Assembly (NCBI GenBank): GCA_002708995.1
Contig: PAPT01000042.1
Location: 24,039-88,038 of the forward strand
Source of the DNA: Geminicoccus sp.
Lineage (GTDB): Bacteria > Pseudomonadota > Alphaproteobacteria > UBA7985
Length of the DNA stretch: 64,000 bases
Direction of reading: 5' to 3'
The stretch's first letter is position 1. Each line of letters starts with the position of its first letter. The notes under the pieces were generated by a model. That model searched no databases, was not told where the DNA came from, and saw only the letters and a list, made by a program, of their open reading frames with translations. The translations under genes were made by a program, and so were the position numbers. Shown here piece after piece: positions 37,784 through 46,539 of this stretch.

Positions 37784-38737
37784 ATGACGATTCCTAAACA
37801 TCCCCAGCAGTCCAACACGGATGAGCCCCTCGATCACCGCCGGTTTGTTGCCGCCCTCAGCCCGGAGCAGCGCCGCGCACTGACCGCAAAGTCCGACCGT
37901 GCCGGGCTGTTCCACCTCGCCGGTCACCTCGCGCTGATCGCCGTCCTTGCGACGGCCGTAATCGCTCAAGTACCGCTCTGGTGGGCGCTGATGGTGCCGC
38001 TTGGGGTCGTGCTGATCTTCCTCTTCACCCTCAACCATGAAGCCATCCACCGCACCGCCTTCGCCGCCGGCTGGCTCAACGAAGTCGTCACGCGGGTCTG
38101 CGGGCTGGTGCTGATGCTGCCGGCAACATGGTTCCGCTTCTTCCACTTCGAGCACCACCGCCACACCCAGGACCCCGAGCGCGACCCTGAGCTCGCCGGC
38201 ACAGCACCCGCCACCCGCGCGGCCTGGCTGTGGCACGTCAGCGGCATCCCGCTGTGGATCAGCGCCATCAAGGGCCTGCTCACCAATGCCGCCGGGTTGA
38301 ACCGCGACCCCTTCGTTCCGACCTCAGCGCGTGCGCGGGTGCAGCGCGAAGCACTGGCCATGATCGCGGTCTATCTGGGGCTGCTGGCCACTTCGCTGTG
38401 GCTGCAGACGGCGGTGCTGCTGTGGGTCTGGGTCATCCCGGCGCTGCTGGGACAGCCCTTCCTGCGGCTCTATCTGCTTGCTGAGCACGGCCGCTGCGCC
38501 TTCGTCGCCAATATGTTCGAGAATAGCCGCACGACCTTCACCGGGCCACTGGTGCGCTTTTTAGCCTGGAACATGCCATACCATGCCGAGCACCACGCCT
38601 TCCCGACGGTACCCTTCTACCGACTGCCGCAGCTGCACCGGCTGACCGCCCCGCACCTGCGCGCGACCAGCCCGGGCTATCGCGATTTCACGGCGCGAAG
38701 CCTTGCAGCCCTTGGCAACGACAGTTCCGGGGGCTGA
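37784..38737 (+). CDS. Membrane fatty-acid-desaturase-family di-iron oxygenase (MocD/RtxC-like)
   Basis: His boxes HEAIH, HFEHHRH, HAEHH; DPERDPE and WNMPYH motifs. Confidence 0.88.
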   Translation: MTIPKHPQQSNTDEPLDHRRFVAALSPEQRRALTAKSDRAGLFHLAGHLALIAVLATAVIAQVPLWWALMVPLGVVLIFLFTLNHEAIHRTAFAAGWLNEVVTRVCGLVLMLPATWFRFFHFEHHRHTQDPERDPELAGTAPATRAAWLWHVSGIPLWISAIKGLLTNAAGLNRDPFVPTSARARVQREALAMIAVYLGLLATSLWLQTAVLLWVWVIPALLGQPFLRLYLLAEHGRCAFVANMFENSRTTFTGPLVRFLAWNMPYHAEHHAFPTVPFYRLPQLHRLTAPHLRATSPGYRDFTARSLAALGNDSSGG

Positions 38738-38740
38738 CGT

Positions 38741-38804
38741 CGGGCAGGTAGGCAAACGGGCAACCCGGCAGGCAGGGAACCGGGCAGGCGGGCACACGCG
38801 CAGC
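38741..38804. repeat. Degenerate 8-bp tandem repeat, 8 units (consensus CGGGCAGG)
   Basis: cgggcagg taggcaaa cgggcaac ccggcagg cagggaac cgggcagg cgggcaca cgcgcagc. Confidence 0.75.
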
Positions 38805-38859
38805 CGATCAGAATGCCGTGCTTACGGGTTCAGGTCTCATGCGGCGCAAAAGGCCCCAG

Positions 38860-40308
38860 TCAGACGCTCAGGCAGAGGTACTTCAGCTCGAGATAGTCAT
38901 CGATGCCGTGGCTGGAGCCTTCGCGGCCCAGACCGGACTCCTTGATCCCGCCAAAGGGCGCAAGCTCGGTCGAAATAATCCCGGTGTTGATGCCAACAAT
39001 GCCGTACTCCAGCGCCTCGGCCACCTTGTAAACTCGGCTGAGGTTCTGGGCGTAGAAGTACGACGCCAGACCGAAGCGGGTATCGTTGGCCTGCTCGATC
39101 ACCTCGTCTTCGCTCTCGAAGCGGTACAGCGGGGCGAGGGGGCCAAAGGTCTCCTCCTGCGTAACCGCCATCGAGCGATCGACGTTGGTCATGATCGTCG
39201 GCTCGAAGAACAGCCCGCCCAGCGCGTGCGGCTTGCCGCCCAGGATGACCTCCGCGCCCTTGGACAGCGCGTCGTCGACGTGCTCCTGCACCTTGTCCAG
39301 CGCCTGCGGTTCGATCAGCGGGCCGAAGGCCACGCCCTCATCCATGCCGTTGCCGACCTTCATGGTGGCGATGCGGGCTGCGAACTTCTCGGCGAAGGCA
39401 TCATAGACCCCGGCCTGGACATAGATGCGGTTGGCGCAGACACAGGTCTGACCGTTGTTGCGGAACTTACAGATGATCGCGCCCTCGACCGCGGCATCAA
39501 TATCGGCGTCGTCGAACACGATGAAGGGCGCGTTGCCGCCCAGTTCCATCGAGGTCTTCTTGATCTGCGGCGCACACTGCTCCATCAGCTTGGCGCCGAC
39601 CTCGGTTGAGCCGGTAAACGAAAGCTTGCGCACGGTCGGGTTCGAGGTGATTTCACCGCCGATCGCCGTCGATGAACCCGTCAGCACAGACAACAAGCCG
39701 GCCGGGATACCCGCTTGCTCGGCCAGCACACAGAGCGCCAGCGCGGAGTAGGGCGTCGCCGTCGCCGGCTTGACCACCATCGAACAGCCCGCAGCCAGCG
39801 CCGCGCCGGCCTTGCGGGTGATCATGGCGTTGGGAAAGTTCCACGGCGTGATCGCCGCCGTCACCCCAATGGGCTGCTTCAGGACCTGAATGCGCTTGTC
39901 GCGCTGATGGCCGGGGATGATCTCGCCATAGGTGCGCTTGCCCTCTTCAGCGAACCACTCGATGAAGCTCGCCCCATAGGCAATCTCGCCGGTCGCTTCG
40001 GCCAGTGGCTTGCCCTGCTCAAGGGTCAGTAGCTCCCCAAGTGCCGCCTGATTTTCCATCATCAGGTTGAACCATTTGATCAGCACCGCGTGGCGCTCCT
40101 TGGCGGTGCGCTGGGCCCATTCCTTCTGTGCGCCACGCGCACCTTCGATCGCCTCAGCAGTCTCGGCGGCGCCCATTTTCGGCACAGTGCCGAGTACCGC
40201 GCCGGTTGCCGGGTTGGTCACGTCGATGGTTTCGCCAGAGTTGGCGTCTTTCCACTGACCGTTGATGTAACACTGCTGCTTAAACAGCGGGCTTGAGAGA
40301 ACCGACAT
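38860..40308 (-). CDS. gabD: Succinate-semialdehyde dehydrogenase (NAD(P)+)
   Basis: ITPWNFPNAMITRK, FTGSTEVG, MELGGNAP, KFRNNGQTCVCANR, EETFGP. Confidence 0.95.
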   Translation of the reverse strand: MSVLSSPLFKQQCYINGQWKDANSGETIDVTNPATGAVLGTVPKMGAAETAEAIEGARGAQKEWAQRTAKERHAVLIKWFNLMMENQAALGELLTLEQGKPLAEATGEIAYGASFIEWFAEEGKRTYGEIIPGHQRDKRIQVLKQPIGVTAAITPWNFPNAMITRKAGAALAAGCSMVVKPATATPYSALALCVLAEQAGIPAGLLSVLTGSSTAIGGEITSNPTVRKLSFTGSTEVGAKLMEQCAPQIKKTSMELGGNAPFIVFDDADIDAAVEGAIICKFRNNGQTCVCANRIYVQAGVYDAFAEKFAARIATMKVGNGMDEGVAFGPLIEPQALDKVQEHVDDALSKGAEVILGGKPHALGGLFFEPTIMTNVDRSMAVTQEETFGPLAPLYRFESEDEVIEQANDTRFGLASYFYAQNLSRVYKVAEALEYGIVGINTGIISTELAPFGGIKESGLGREGSSHGIDDYLELKYLCLSV

Positions 40309-40454
40309 GGTCTGAACCGTCCTTAGTAAAGAGTGGCCCCTGTTCTAGACCGCTTGCGCCGTGGCGGCAAACGCCACTGCGACACCCTTTTTATCAGTAC
40401 GGCCGCCAAGCCCCTGAGCGCCGGCCGTCAAGCCGCGCCTGAGAGGCGGGATCC

Positions 40455-42011
40455 TCAGGTCAGGAAGGTGGACAGACCTTGGGTCGAGCCCGACATGGAC
40501 GACAGCGCTTCGGGGTCGTTCTGCACGTCCTTGGCCATCTTCTTTCCCAGCTCGACCCCGAACTGGTCGAAGCTGTTGATGCCCCAGACCACGCCTTCGA
40601 CGAACACCCGGTGCTCGTAGAGCGCGATCAACTGCCCGAGCACGAAGGGCGTCAGCCGCCGGTATGCGAGCGTGACGCTCGGCCGATTGCCCGGGAAGCG
40701 TCGGGCAGGATCAGGCTGCGGTTCCTGACCCTGGGTGCCGACCATCAGCGCCTCGGACTGCGCCAGACAGTTGGCCTTCAGGATCGCGTGCTGGTGGGCG
40801 AGGCCCGGCTCATGACCCTCTGCGGCGATCAGGAACTCCACCGGGACGACCCGGGTGCCCTGGTGCAGCAACTGGTAGAAGGCGTGCTGGCCGTTGGTCC
40901 CCGGCTCACCCCAGACAATGGGGCCGGTCATACTGGTAACGTCCGTGCCATCGCGCCGGGTGCGCTTGCCGTTGGATTCCATATCCAGTTGCTGCAGGTA
41001 AGCAGGCAGCAGCCCCAGCCGCTGGTCGTAAGGCAGAACGGCCCGGGTCCCGAAGCCGCAGAAATTGTTGTGCCACAGACCCACCAGCGCCAGCGTGAGC
41101 GGCAGGTTGTCAGCGTCACCGGCGTTGAGAAAGTTGTCATCCATGGCGCAGGCACCGGCGAGGAAGTCGGAAAAGTGCTCCGGGCCGATGGCGATCATCA
41201 GGCTCAGCCCCACCGGCCCCCACAGGGAATAGCGCCCCCCGACCCAGTCCTCGAAGCCGAACACGCGGTCTGCCGCGATGCCATAGGCCGCGGTCAGCGC
41301 TTCTGCCGAGGACAGGGCTGCAAGATGCTGACCGAAATCAGCCCCAAGCGCCTGCTTGAGCCAGTCGGTTGCGGTGTCCGCGTTGGTCAGGGTCTCGATG
41401 GTGGTGAAGGTCTTGGAGGCAATGATCACCAGCGTCCGCGCCGGATCCAGCCCGGCCAGCGTATCGGCGATATGGGCGCCGTCGATGTTGGAAACAAAAT
41501 GCGGCCGGATCGCGCCGAGATAGGGTGAGAGCGCGCGGCTGGCCATGGCCGGGCCGAGGTCGGACCCGCCGATGCCGATGTTGACCACGTTGGTAAAGGG
41601 CTCACCGTTGGCGGCAGTGATGCGACCCTCGCGCAGACCGCTGGCGAAAGCCGCCATGCGGTCGAGGCTGTCGCGGACCCCGGTGGTGACAGTCTGCCCG
41701 TCGACCCTCGGTGCGCGGTCTGGAGAGGGACGCAGTGCCGTATGCAGCACCGCGCGGTCTTCGGTGTTGTTGATCTTCTCACCCGCGAACATGGCGGCAC
41801 GGTGGGTTGGCAGACCGGCAGCCTCGGCGAGTTCGCGCAGCAGGCTAAGGCTCTCCGCATCAATGTTGGTTTTGGAATAATCCAGCAGCAGGCCGTCAGC
41901 CTCCCTTGCAAAGTTGTCAAACCGCCCCGAATCGCCCTCGAACAGGCTCAAAATCGGCCGTTGTCGCACGCTGTCGGCTTTGTCAGTGAGCTTGGTCCAG
42001 ATGGTGTCCAT
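40455..42011 (-). CDS. pgi: Glucose-6-phosphate isomerase
   Basis: IGIGGSDLGP, ASKTFTT, DWVGGRYSLW, QQLDMESNGK, NSFDQFGVELGK. Confidence 0.96.
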   Translation of the reverse strand: MDTIWTKLTDKADSVRQRPILSLFEGDSGRFDNFAREADGLLLDYSKTNIDAESLSLLRELAEAAGLPTHRAAMFAGEKINNTEDRAVLHTALRPSPDRAPRVDGQTVTTGVRDSLDRMAAFASGLREGRITAANGEPFTNVVNIGIGGSDLGPAMASRALSPYLGAIRPHFVSNIDGAHIADTLAGLDPARTLVIIASKTFTTIETLTNADTATDWLKQALGADFGQHLAALSSAEALTAAYGIAADRVFGFEDWVGGRYSLWGPVGLSLMIAIGPEHFSDFLAGACAMDDNFLNAGDADNLPLTLALVGLWHNNFCGFGTRAVLPYDQRLGLLPAYLQQLDMESNGKRTRRDGTDVTSMTGPIVWGEPGTNGQHAFYQLLHQGTRVVPVEFLIAAEGHEPGLAHQHAILKANCLAQSEALMVGTQGQEPQPDPARRFPGNRPSVTLAYRRLTPFVLGQLIALYEHRVFVEGVVWGINSFDQFGVELGKKMAKDVQNDPEALSSMSGSTQGLSTFLT

Positions 42012-42251
42012 GGTGATGCTGGTCCTCACGTCGGTAAGCGGTTTGGTCTGGCCATGAAGAAACATCCGTTTCATCCAGACAAGATTTTGTTTCAAAGGGC
42101 ACCTGCAACCTTGCCGCAAGCCTGCGCGCTTCCCAACTCAACCGCAAGGCCACTGCGCTGGCCACGGGGCTCCGGTTTTTGCCCTGCTACGGGCAAGGTG
42201 CGGGGTCTGATGCCTGTGCTATAGTCGCGCCTGCAACGATGGAGGATCCTG

Positions 42252-43154
42252 ATGAGACGAGTTCGCAAAGCGGTCCTGCCGGTCGCCGGCTTGGGGACGC
42301 GCTTTCTGCCTGCTACCAAGGCTATGCCCAAGGAAATGCTGACGGTTGTCGACCGGCCGGTCATCCAGCACGCGGTGCAGGAGGCGCTGGACAGCGGCAT
42401 CGAGCAGCTGATTTTCGTCACGGGTCGGGGAAAGACCGCGATCGAAGATCACTTCGACCACGCCTTTGAACTCGAATCGACCCTGCAGTCACGCGGCAAA
42501 CTCGACGCTCTGCAAACCGTCGAGGCGACCAATTTCCCGCCTGGGACCATCGCCTACGTGCGCCAGCAGGAGCCGCTGGGTCTGGGTCACGCGGTCTGGT
42601 GCGCGCGCCACGTCATCGGCGACGAACCCTTCGCCGTCATGCTGCCCGATGACGTCATCCTCGGCGGTCCGCCGTGCCTGTCGCAGTTGCTCGACGTCTA
42701 CAAGGGTCTCGATCAGTCCGACGGGGCCAGCGCCAACCTGATCGGCGTGGAAGCCATCGAACTGGCCCTGAGCCGGAAGTTCGGTGTGCTTGATGTCGGC
42801 CAGTGGGACAGCGAGCAGCGCTCGTTCAGCGCCAAGGGTATCGTTGAGAAACCCGAGCCCGAAGACGCGCCCTCGAACATGGCGGTCTTCGGTCGCTATA
42901 TCCTCGATCCGTCCGTGCTGACCTATCTCGACCGGCAGGAGCGAGGGGCAGGGGACGAAATCCAGCTGACCGACGCCATCGATGCCAGCATCAAGCATGG
43001 CGTGCCGACCTACGGCCGGCTGTGTGAAGGCCGCCGCTTCGACTGTGGCTCAAAGCAGGGGTTCGTGCTGGCCAACGTCGCCTACGCGCTGCAGGACTCA
43101 GAGATTAGCGGCCGTCTCAAGCCCGCGATTCGCGCCCTGCTGGACGACGACTAA
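42252..43154 (+). CDS. galU: UTP--glucose-1-phosphate uridylyltransferase
   Basis: PVAGLGTRFLPATKAMPKEML, QQEPLGLGHAV, VEKP, EIQLTDA. Confidence 0.96.
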   Translation: MRRVRKAVLPVAGLGTRFLPATKAMPKEMLTVVDRPVIQHAVQEALDSGIEQLIFVTGRGKTAIEDHFDHAFELESTLQSRGKLDALQTVEATNFPPGTIAYVRQQEPLGLGHAVWCARHVIGDEPFAVMLPDDVILGGPPCLSQLLDVYKGLDQSDGASANLIGVEAIELALSRKFGVLDVGQWDSEQRSFSAKGIVEKPEPEDAPSNMAVFGRYILDPSVLTYLDRQERGAGDEIQLTDAIDASIKHGVPTYGRLCEGRRFDCGSKQGFVLANVAYALQDSEISGRLKPAIRALLDDD

Positions 43155-43157
43155 GGC

Positions 43158-44591
43158 TCAGTTCCAGCCGCTGACGGTCTTGACTTCGATGAAGTCCTCG
43201 ATCCCCCAGACACCGCCTTCGCGCCCGTTGCCGGATTGGCGCATGCCGCCGAAGGGCGTGCGTGGTCCCAGGCCCTCGCCGTTCATCTGCACCATGCCTG
43301 AACGCAGCCGCCGCGCCAGCCGCCGGCCCTTGGCCTGGTCCTGGGTCTGGACGTAGTTGGTCAGGCCATAGGTCGTGGCGTTGGCAATCCGAAGCGCGTC
43401 GGCCTCGTCGTCAAACGGGATCATCGACAGCACGGGGCCGAAAATCTCCTCGCGGGCGATGGTCATGCTGTTGTCGACGTCGGCAAAGACGGTCGGCTGC
43501 ACGAAGTAGCCCTTCTCCAGCCCCGCTGGCCGCCCCGGGCCACCTGCCGCCAGACGCGCGCCTTCGGCCATACCCTTTTCAATCAGGGCCTGAATCTTGT
43601 TGTACTGCAGTTCCGAGACCACGGGCCCCATGTGGTCGCCGGACTTACTGGCGCGGTCCACGGCGGTCGCCTCTGCGGTTGCGACGGCGGTGGCAACCGC
43701 CTGACCATAGATCGAGCGTTCGACCAGCATGCGCGTGGGCGCGTCGCACGACTGCCCGGAATTGGAGAAGCACTCGGCGGCCCCACGCGCGACCGCTTCG
43801 GCATCAGCATCAGCGAAGACGATGTTCGCGCCCTTGCCGCCAAGCTCGAGGCTGACCCGCTTGATGGTATCGGCGGCGTTCTTGGAGATCAGAATGCCTG
43901 CCCGGGCCGAACCGGTGAAAGAAATCATGTCGAGGCCGGGGTGGCCGGAAAGCTGCGTGCCGACCCCGGGTCCGTCGCCGTTGACCATGTTGTAAACACC
44001 CGCCGGGGTCCCGGCGGCACGCATGACCTCGGTAAACACGATCGAGGACAGCGGCGCGATTTCCGAGGGCTTGAGCACCATTGTGCAGCCAGCCGCGATC
44101 GCGGGCAGAACCTTTAGCGTGACTTGGTTCATCGGCCAGTTCCACGGCGTGATCAGCCCGACCACGCCGACCGGGTCGTGCAGGATGCGGTCGCCGGGGC
44201 TGTCGGGATTCGGCGCGTATTCGAGTTCGAAGTCACGGAAGGCGTCAATGAAATCACCGATATGCCCGGTGCCGGCTACGACCTGTACGGCGTTGGAAAA
44301 ATCGATTGGTGCGCCCATTTCGTCGCTCATCGCCTGAGCAATGTCGGCGCTGCGGCGCTCGTATTCGGCTGCGATAGCCTCCATCAGCTCCAGTCGCTCA
44401 GCCTTGCTGGTCTGTGACCAGCTGTCGTAGGCGCGGTTGGCGGCGGCGACCGCAGCGTCTGTGTCAGCCTGTCCGCCCAGGGAAATCACCGCGATGGCTT
44501 CCTCGGTCGAGGGATCGATCACGTCGAAATCGTTGGCGTTAACGGGATCGACCCACTGGCCGTCGATGTAGAACTTCCGCGAATTTTCCAT
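43158..44591 (-). CDS. Aldehyde dehydrogenase family protein
   Basis: ITPWNWP, FTGS, LELGGK, NSGQSCDAP, EEIFGP. Confidence 0.93.
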   Translation of the reverse strand: MENSRKFYIDGQWVDPVNANDFDVIDPSTEEAIAVISLGGQADTDAAVAAANRAYDSWSQTSKAERLELMEAIAAEYERRSADIAQAMSDEMGAPIDFSNAVQVVAGTGHIGDFIDAFRDFELEYAPNPDSPGDRILHDPVGVVGLITPWNWPMNQVTLKVLPAIAAGCTMVLKPSEIAPLSSIVFTEVMRAAGTPAGVYNMVNGDGPGVGTQLSGHPGLDMISFTGSARAGILISKNAADTIKRVSLELGGKGANIVFADADAEAVARGAAECFSNSGQSCDAPTRMLVERSIYGQAVATAVATAEATAVDRASKSGDHMGPVVSELQYNKIQALIEKGMAEGARLAAGGPGRPAGLEKGYFVQPTVFADVDNSMTIAREEIFGPVLSMIPFDDEADALRIANATTYGLTNYVQTQDQAKGRRLARRLRSGMVQMNGEGLGPRTPFGGMRQSGNGREGGVWGIEDFIEVKTVSGWN

Positions 44592-44722
44592 GGTCTTGCT
44601 CTCCTCCTGACCGGCGCTGTCGGCTGGTGTTCTCTCTCTCGCACTTACTCTCTGGCATATGCCTTAGCACTGTTTAACGCCGCGCCAAATGTTGCCGATG
44701 ACGCGCCTTCCACCGCAGAAAC

Positions 44723-44750
44723 AAAAAGACCCGCGCTGGAGCAGCGCGGG
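44723..44750 (-). terminator. Intrinsic terminator after fhs
   Basis: CCCGCGCTG-3 nt-CAGCGCGGG preceded on the + strand by AAAAAG. Confidence 0.75.
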
Positions 44751-44803
44751 ACTTTATCGACGTGGCCCCCTGTCAAGCCAGGGCGCAAAGCCGGAGGAGG
44801 GGC

Positions 44804-46480
44804 CTAGAACAGCCCTTCGATGTCGCCGTCGGCGTTGAGCATGATCGACTCAGCCGCCGGAACCCGGGGCAGGCCCGGCATTGTCATGATCTCACCGCAG
44901 ATCGCGACGATGAAGCCAGCCCCCGCCGAGAGCCGCACTTCCCGCACGGGCAGGGAGTGCCCGGTCGGCGCACCGCGCAGGTTGGGGTCGGTCGAGAACG
45001 AATACTGCGTCTTGGCCATGCACACCGGCAGGTGACCGTAGCCGTCTTCTTCCCAGGCCTTGAGCTGATCGCGGATTTTCTTGTCCGCCAGCACCTCGTC
45101 GGCGCGGTAGATGCGCTTGGCGACGGTCTCGATCTTCTGGAACAGGCCCAAGTCGTCGGGGTAGAGGGTGGCGAACTGCGAGGCACCGCTGTCGGCGATT
45201 TCCGCGACCCGGTGCGCGAGGTCGAGCACGCCCGCTGAACCGTCGGCCCAGTGCTTGCACACGATTGCTTCGGAACTCATGCCTTCGACGTAGGCCTTCA
45301 CGGCCTCGATTTCAGCATCGGTGTCGGTGACGAAGTGGTTGATGGCGACGATCACCGGCACGCCGAAGGACTTCACGTTTTCGATGTGGCGACCGAGGTT
45401 GGAGGCACCGGCTTCGACCGCGGCCACGTTTTCAGCACCGAGGTCGCTCTTGGCGACCCCGCCGTTCATCTTCATCGCGCGTACGGTGGCGACCAGCACC
45501 ACAGCGTCGGGGGCCAGACTGGCCTTCCGACACTTGATGTTCATGAACTTTTCAGCGCCCAGGTCGGCCCCAAAACCGGCTTCGGTCACCACGTAGTCGG
45601 CGAGCTTCAGTGCCGTGGTCGTCGCGACAACGGAGTTACAGCCGTGGGCGATGTTGGCAAACGGACCGCCGTGGACGAAGGCCGGGTTGTTTTCCAGCGT
45701 CTGCACCAGATTGGGCTGCATGGCCTGCTGCAGCAGCACGGTCATCGCGCCGTCAGCCTTGATATCTCGGCAGTAGACCGGGGTCCGGTCGCGGCGGTAG
45801 GCGACGATGATATCGCCCAGCCGCTTCTTGAGGTCATCCAGATCGGTGGCCAGGCAAAGGATCGCCATGACTTCCGAAGCAACAGTGATGTCGAAACCCG
45901 CCTGACGCGGGAAACCGTTGGACACGCCGCCCAGCGAGGTCACCACGTCGCGCAGGGCGCGGTCGTTCATATCCAGCACACGGCGCCAGACCACCCGGCG
46001 GGTGTCGATCCCCTGCTCATTGCCCCAGTAGATGTGGTTCTCGATCATCGCCGAGAGCAGGTTGTGGGCCGAGGTGATGGCGTGGAAGTCACCGGTGAAG
46101 TGCAGGTTCATGTCTTCCATGGGCACAACCTGCGCGTAGCCGCCGCCCGCAGCCCCGCCCTTCATGCCGAAGCAGGGGCCCAGCGAGGCTTCACGGATAC
46201 AGATCATCGCGTTCTTGCCGATGGCGTTCAGGCCGTCACCCAGACCGACGGTGGTGGTGGTCTTGCCTTCGCCCGCCGGGGTCGGGTTGATCGCCGTGAC
46301 GAGGATCAGCTTGCCGTCCTTCTTGCCCTGCTGTGCCTTGATGAATTCAGCGGAAATCTTCGCCTTGTCGTGGCCAAAGGGAACGAGGTCTTCGTAGCCG
46401 ATGCCAAGCTTTTCGCCGATCTGTTGGATGGGGTGTTTCTTGGCTTCGCGGGCAATTTCAATGTCGGACTTGTAGGACAT
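44804..46480 (-). CDS. fhs: Formate--tetrahydrofolate ligase
   Basis: [57 protein letters not shown]. Confidence 0.97.
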   Translation of the reverse strand: MSYKSDIEIAREAKKHPIQQIGEKLGIGYEDLVPFGHDKAKISAEFIKAQQGKKDGKLILVTAINPTPAGEGKTTTTVGLGDGLNAIGKNAMICIREASLGPCFGMKGGAAGGGYAQVVPMEDMNLHFTGDFHAITSAHNLLSAMIENHIYWGNEQGIDTRRVVWRRVLDMNDRALRDVVTSLGGVSNGFPRQAGFDITVASEVMAILCLATDLDDLKKRLGDIIVAYRRDRTPVYCRDIKADGAMTVLLQQAMQPNLVQTLENNPAFVHGGPFANIAHGCNSVVATTTALKLADYVVTEAGFGADLGAEKFMNIKCRKASLAPDAVVLVATVRAMKMNGGVAKSDLGAENVAAVEAGASNLGRHIENVKSFGVPVIVAINHFVTDTDAEIEAVKAYVEGMSSEAIVCKHWADGSAGVLDLAHRVAEIADSGASQFATLYPDDLGLFQKIETVAKRIYRADEVLADKKIRDQLKAWEEDGYGHLPVCMAKTQYSFSTDPNLRGAPTGHSLPVREVRLSAGAGFIVAICGEIMTMPGLPRVPAAESIMLNADGDIEGLF

Positions 46481-46539
46481 GGTCGGGCCTTGTGGTGAGT
46501 GCTGCCGGGACCGGCAGCCGGGTTACAGATACAGGACGG

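Noticed and set aside
38741-38804. Short repeats as a CRISPR array or iterons
   Set aside because: Units are 6-10 bp, contiguous and spacer-less, with no cas or rep gene nearby.
42059-42072. GAAAC-ATCC-GTTTC palindrome upstream of pgi as a sugar-regulator site
   Set aside because: The arms are only 5 bp, it occurs once and no cognate regulator is nearby, so it may be chance.
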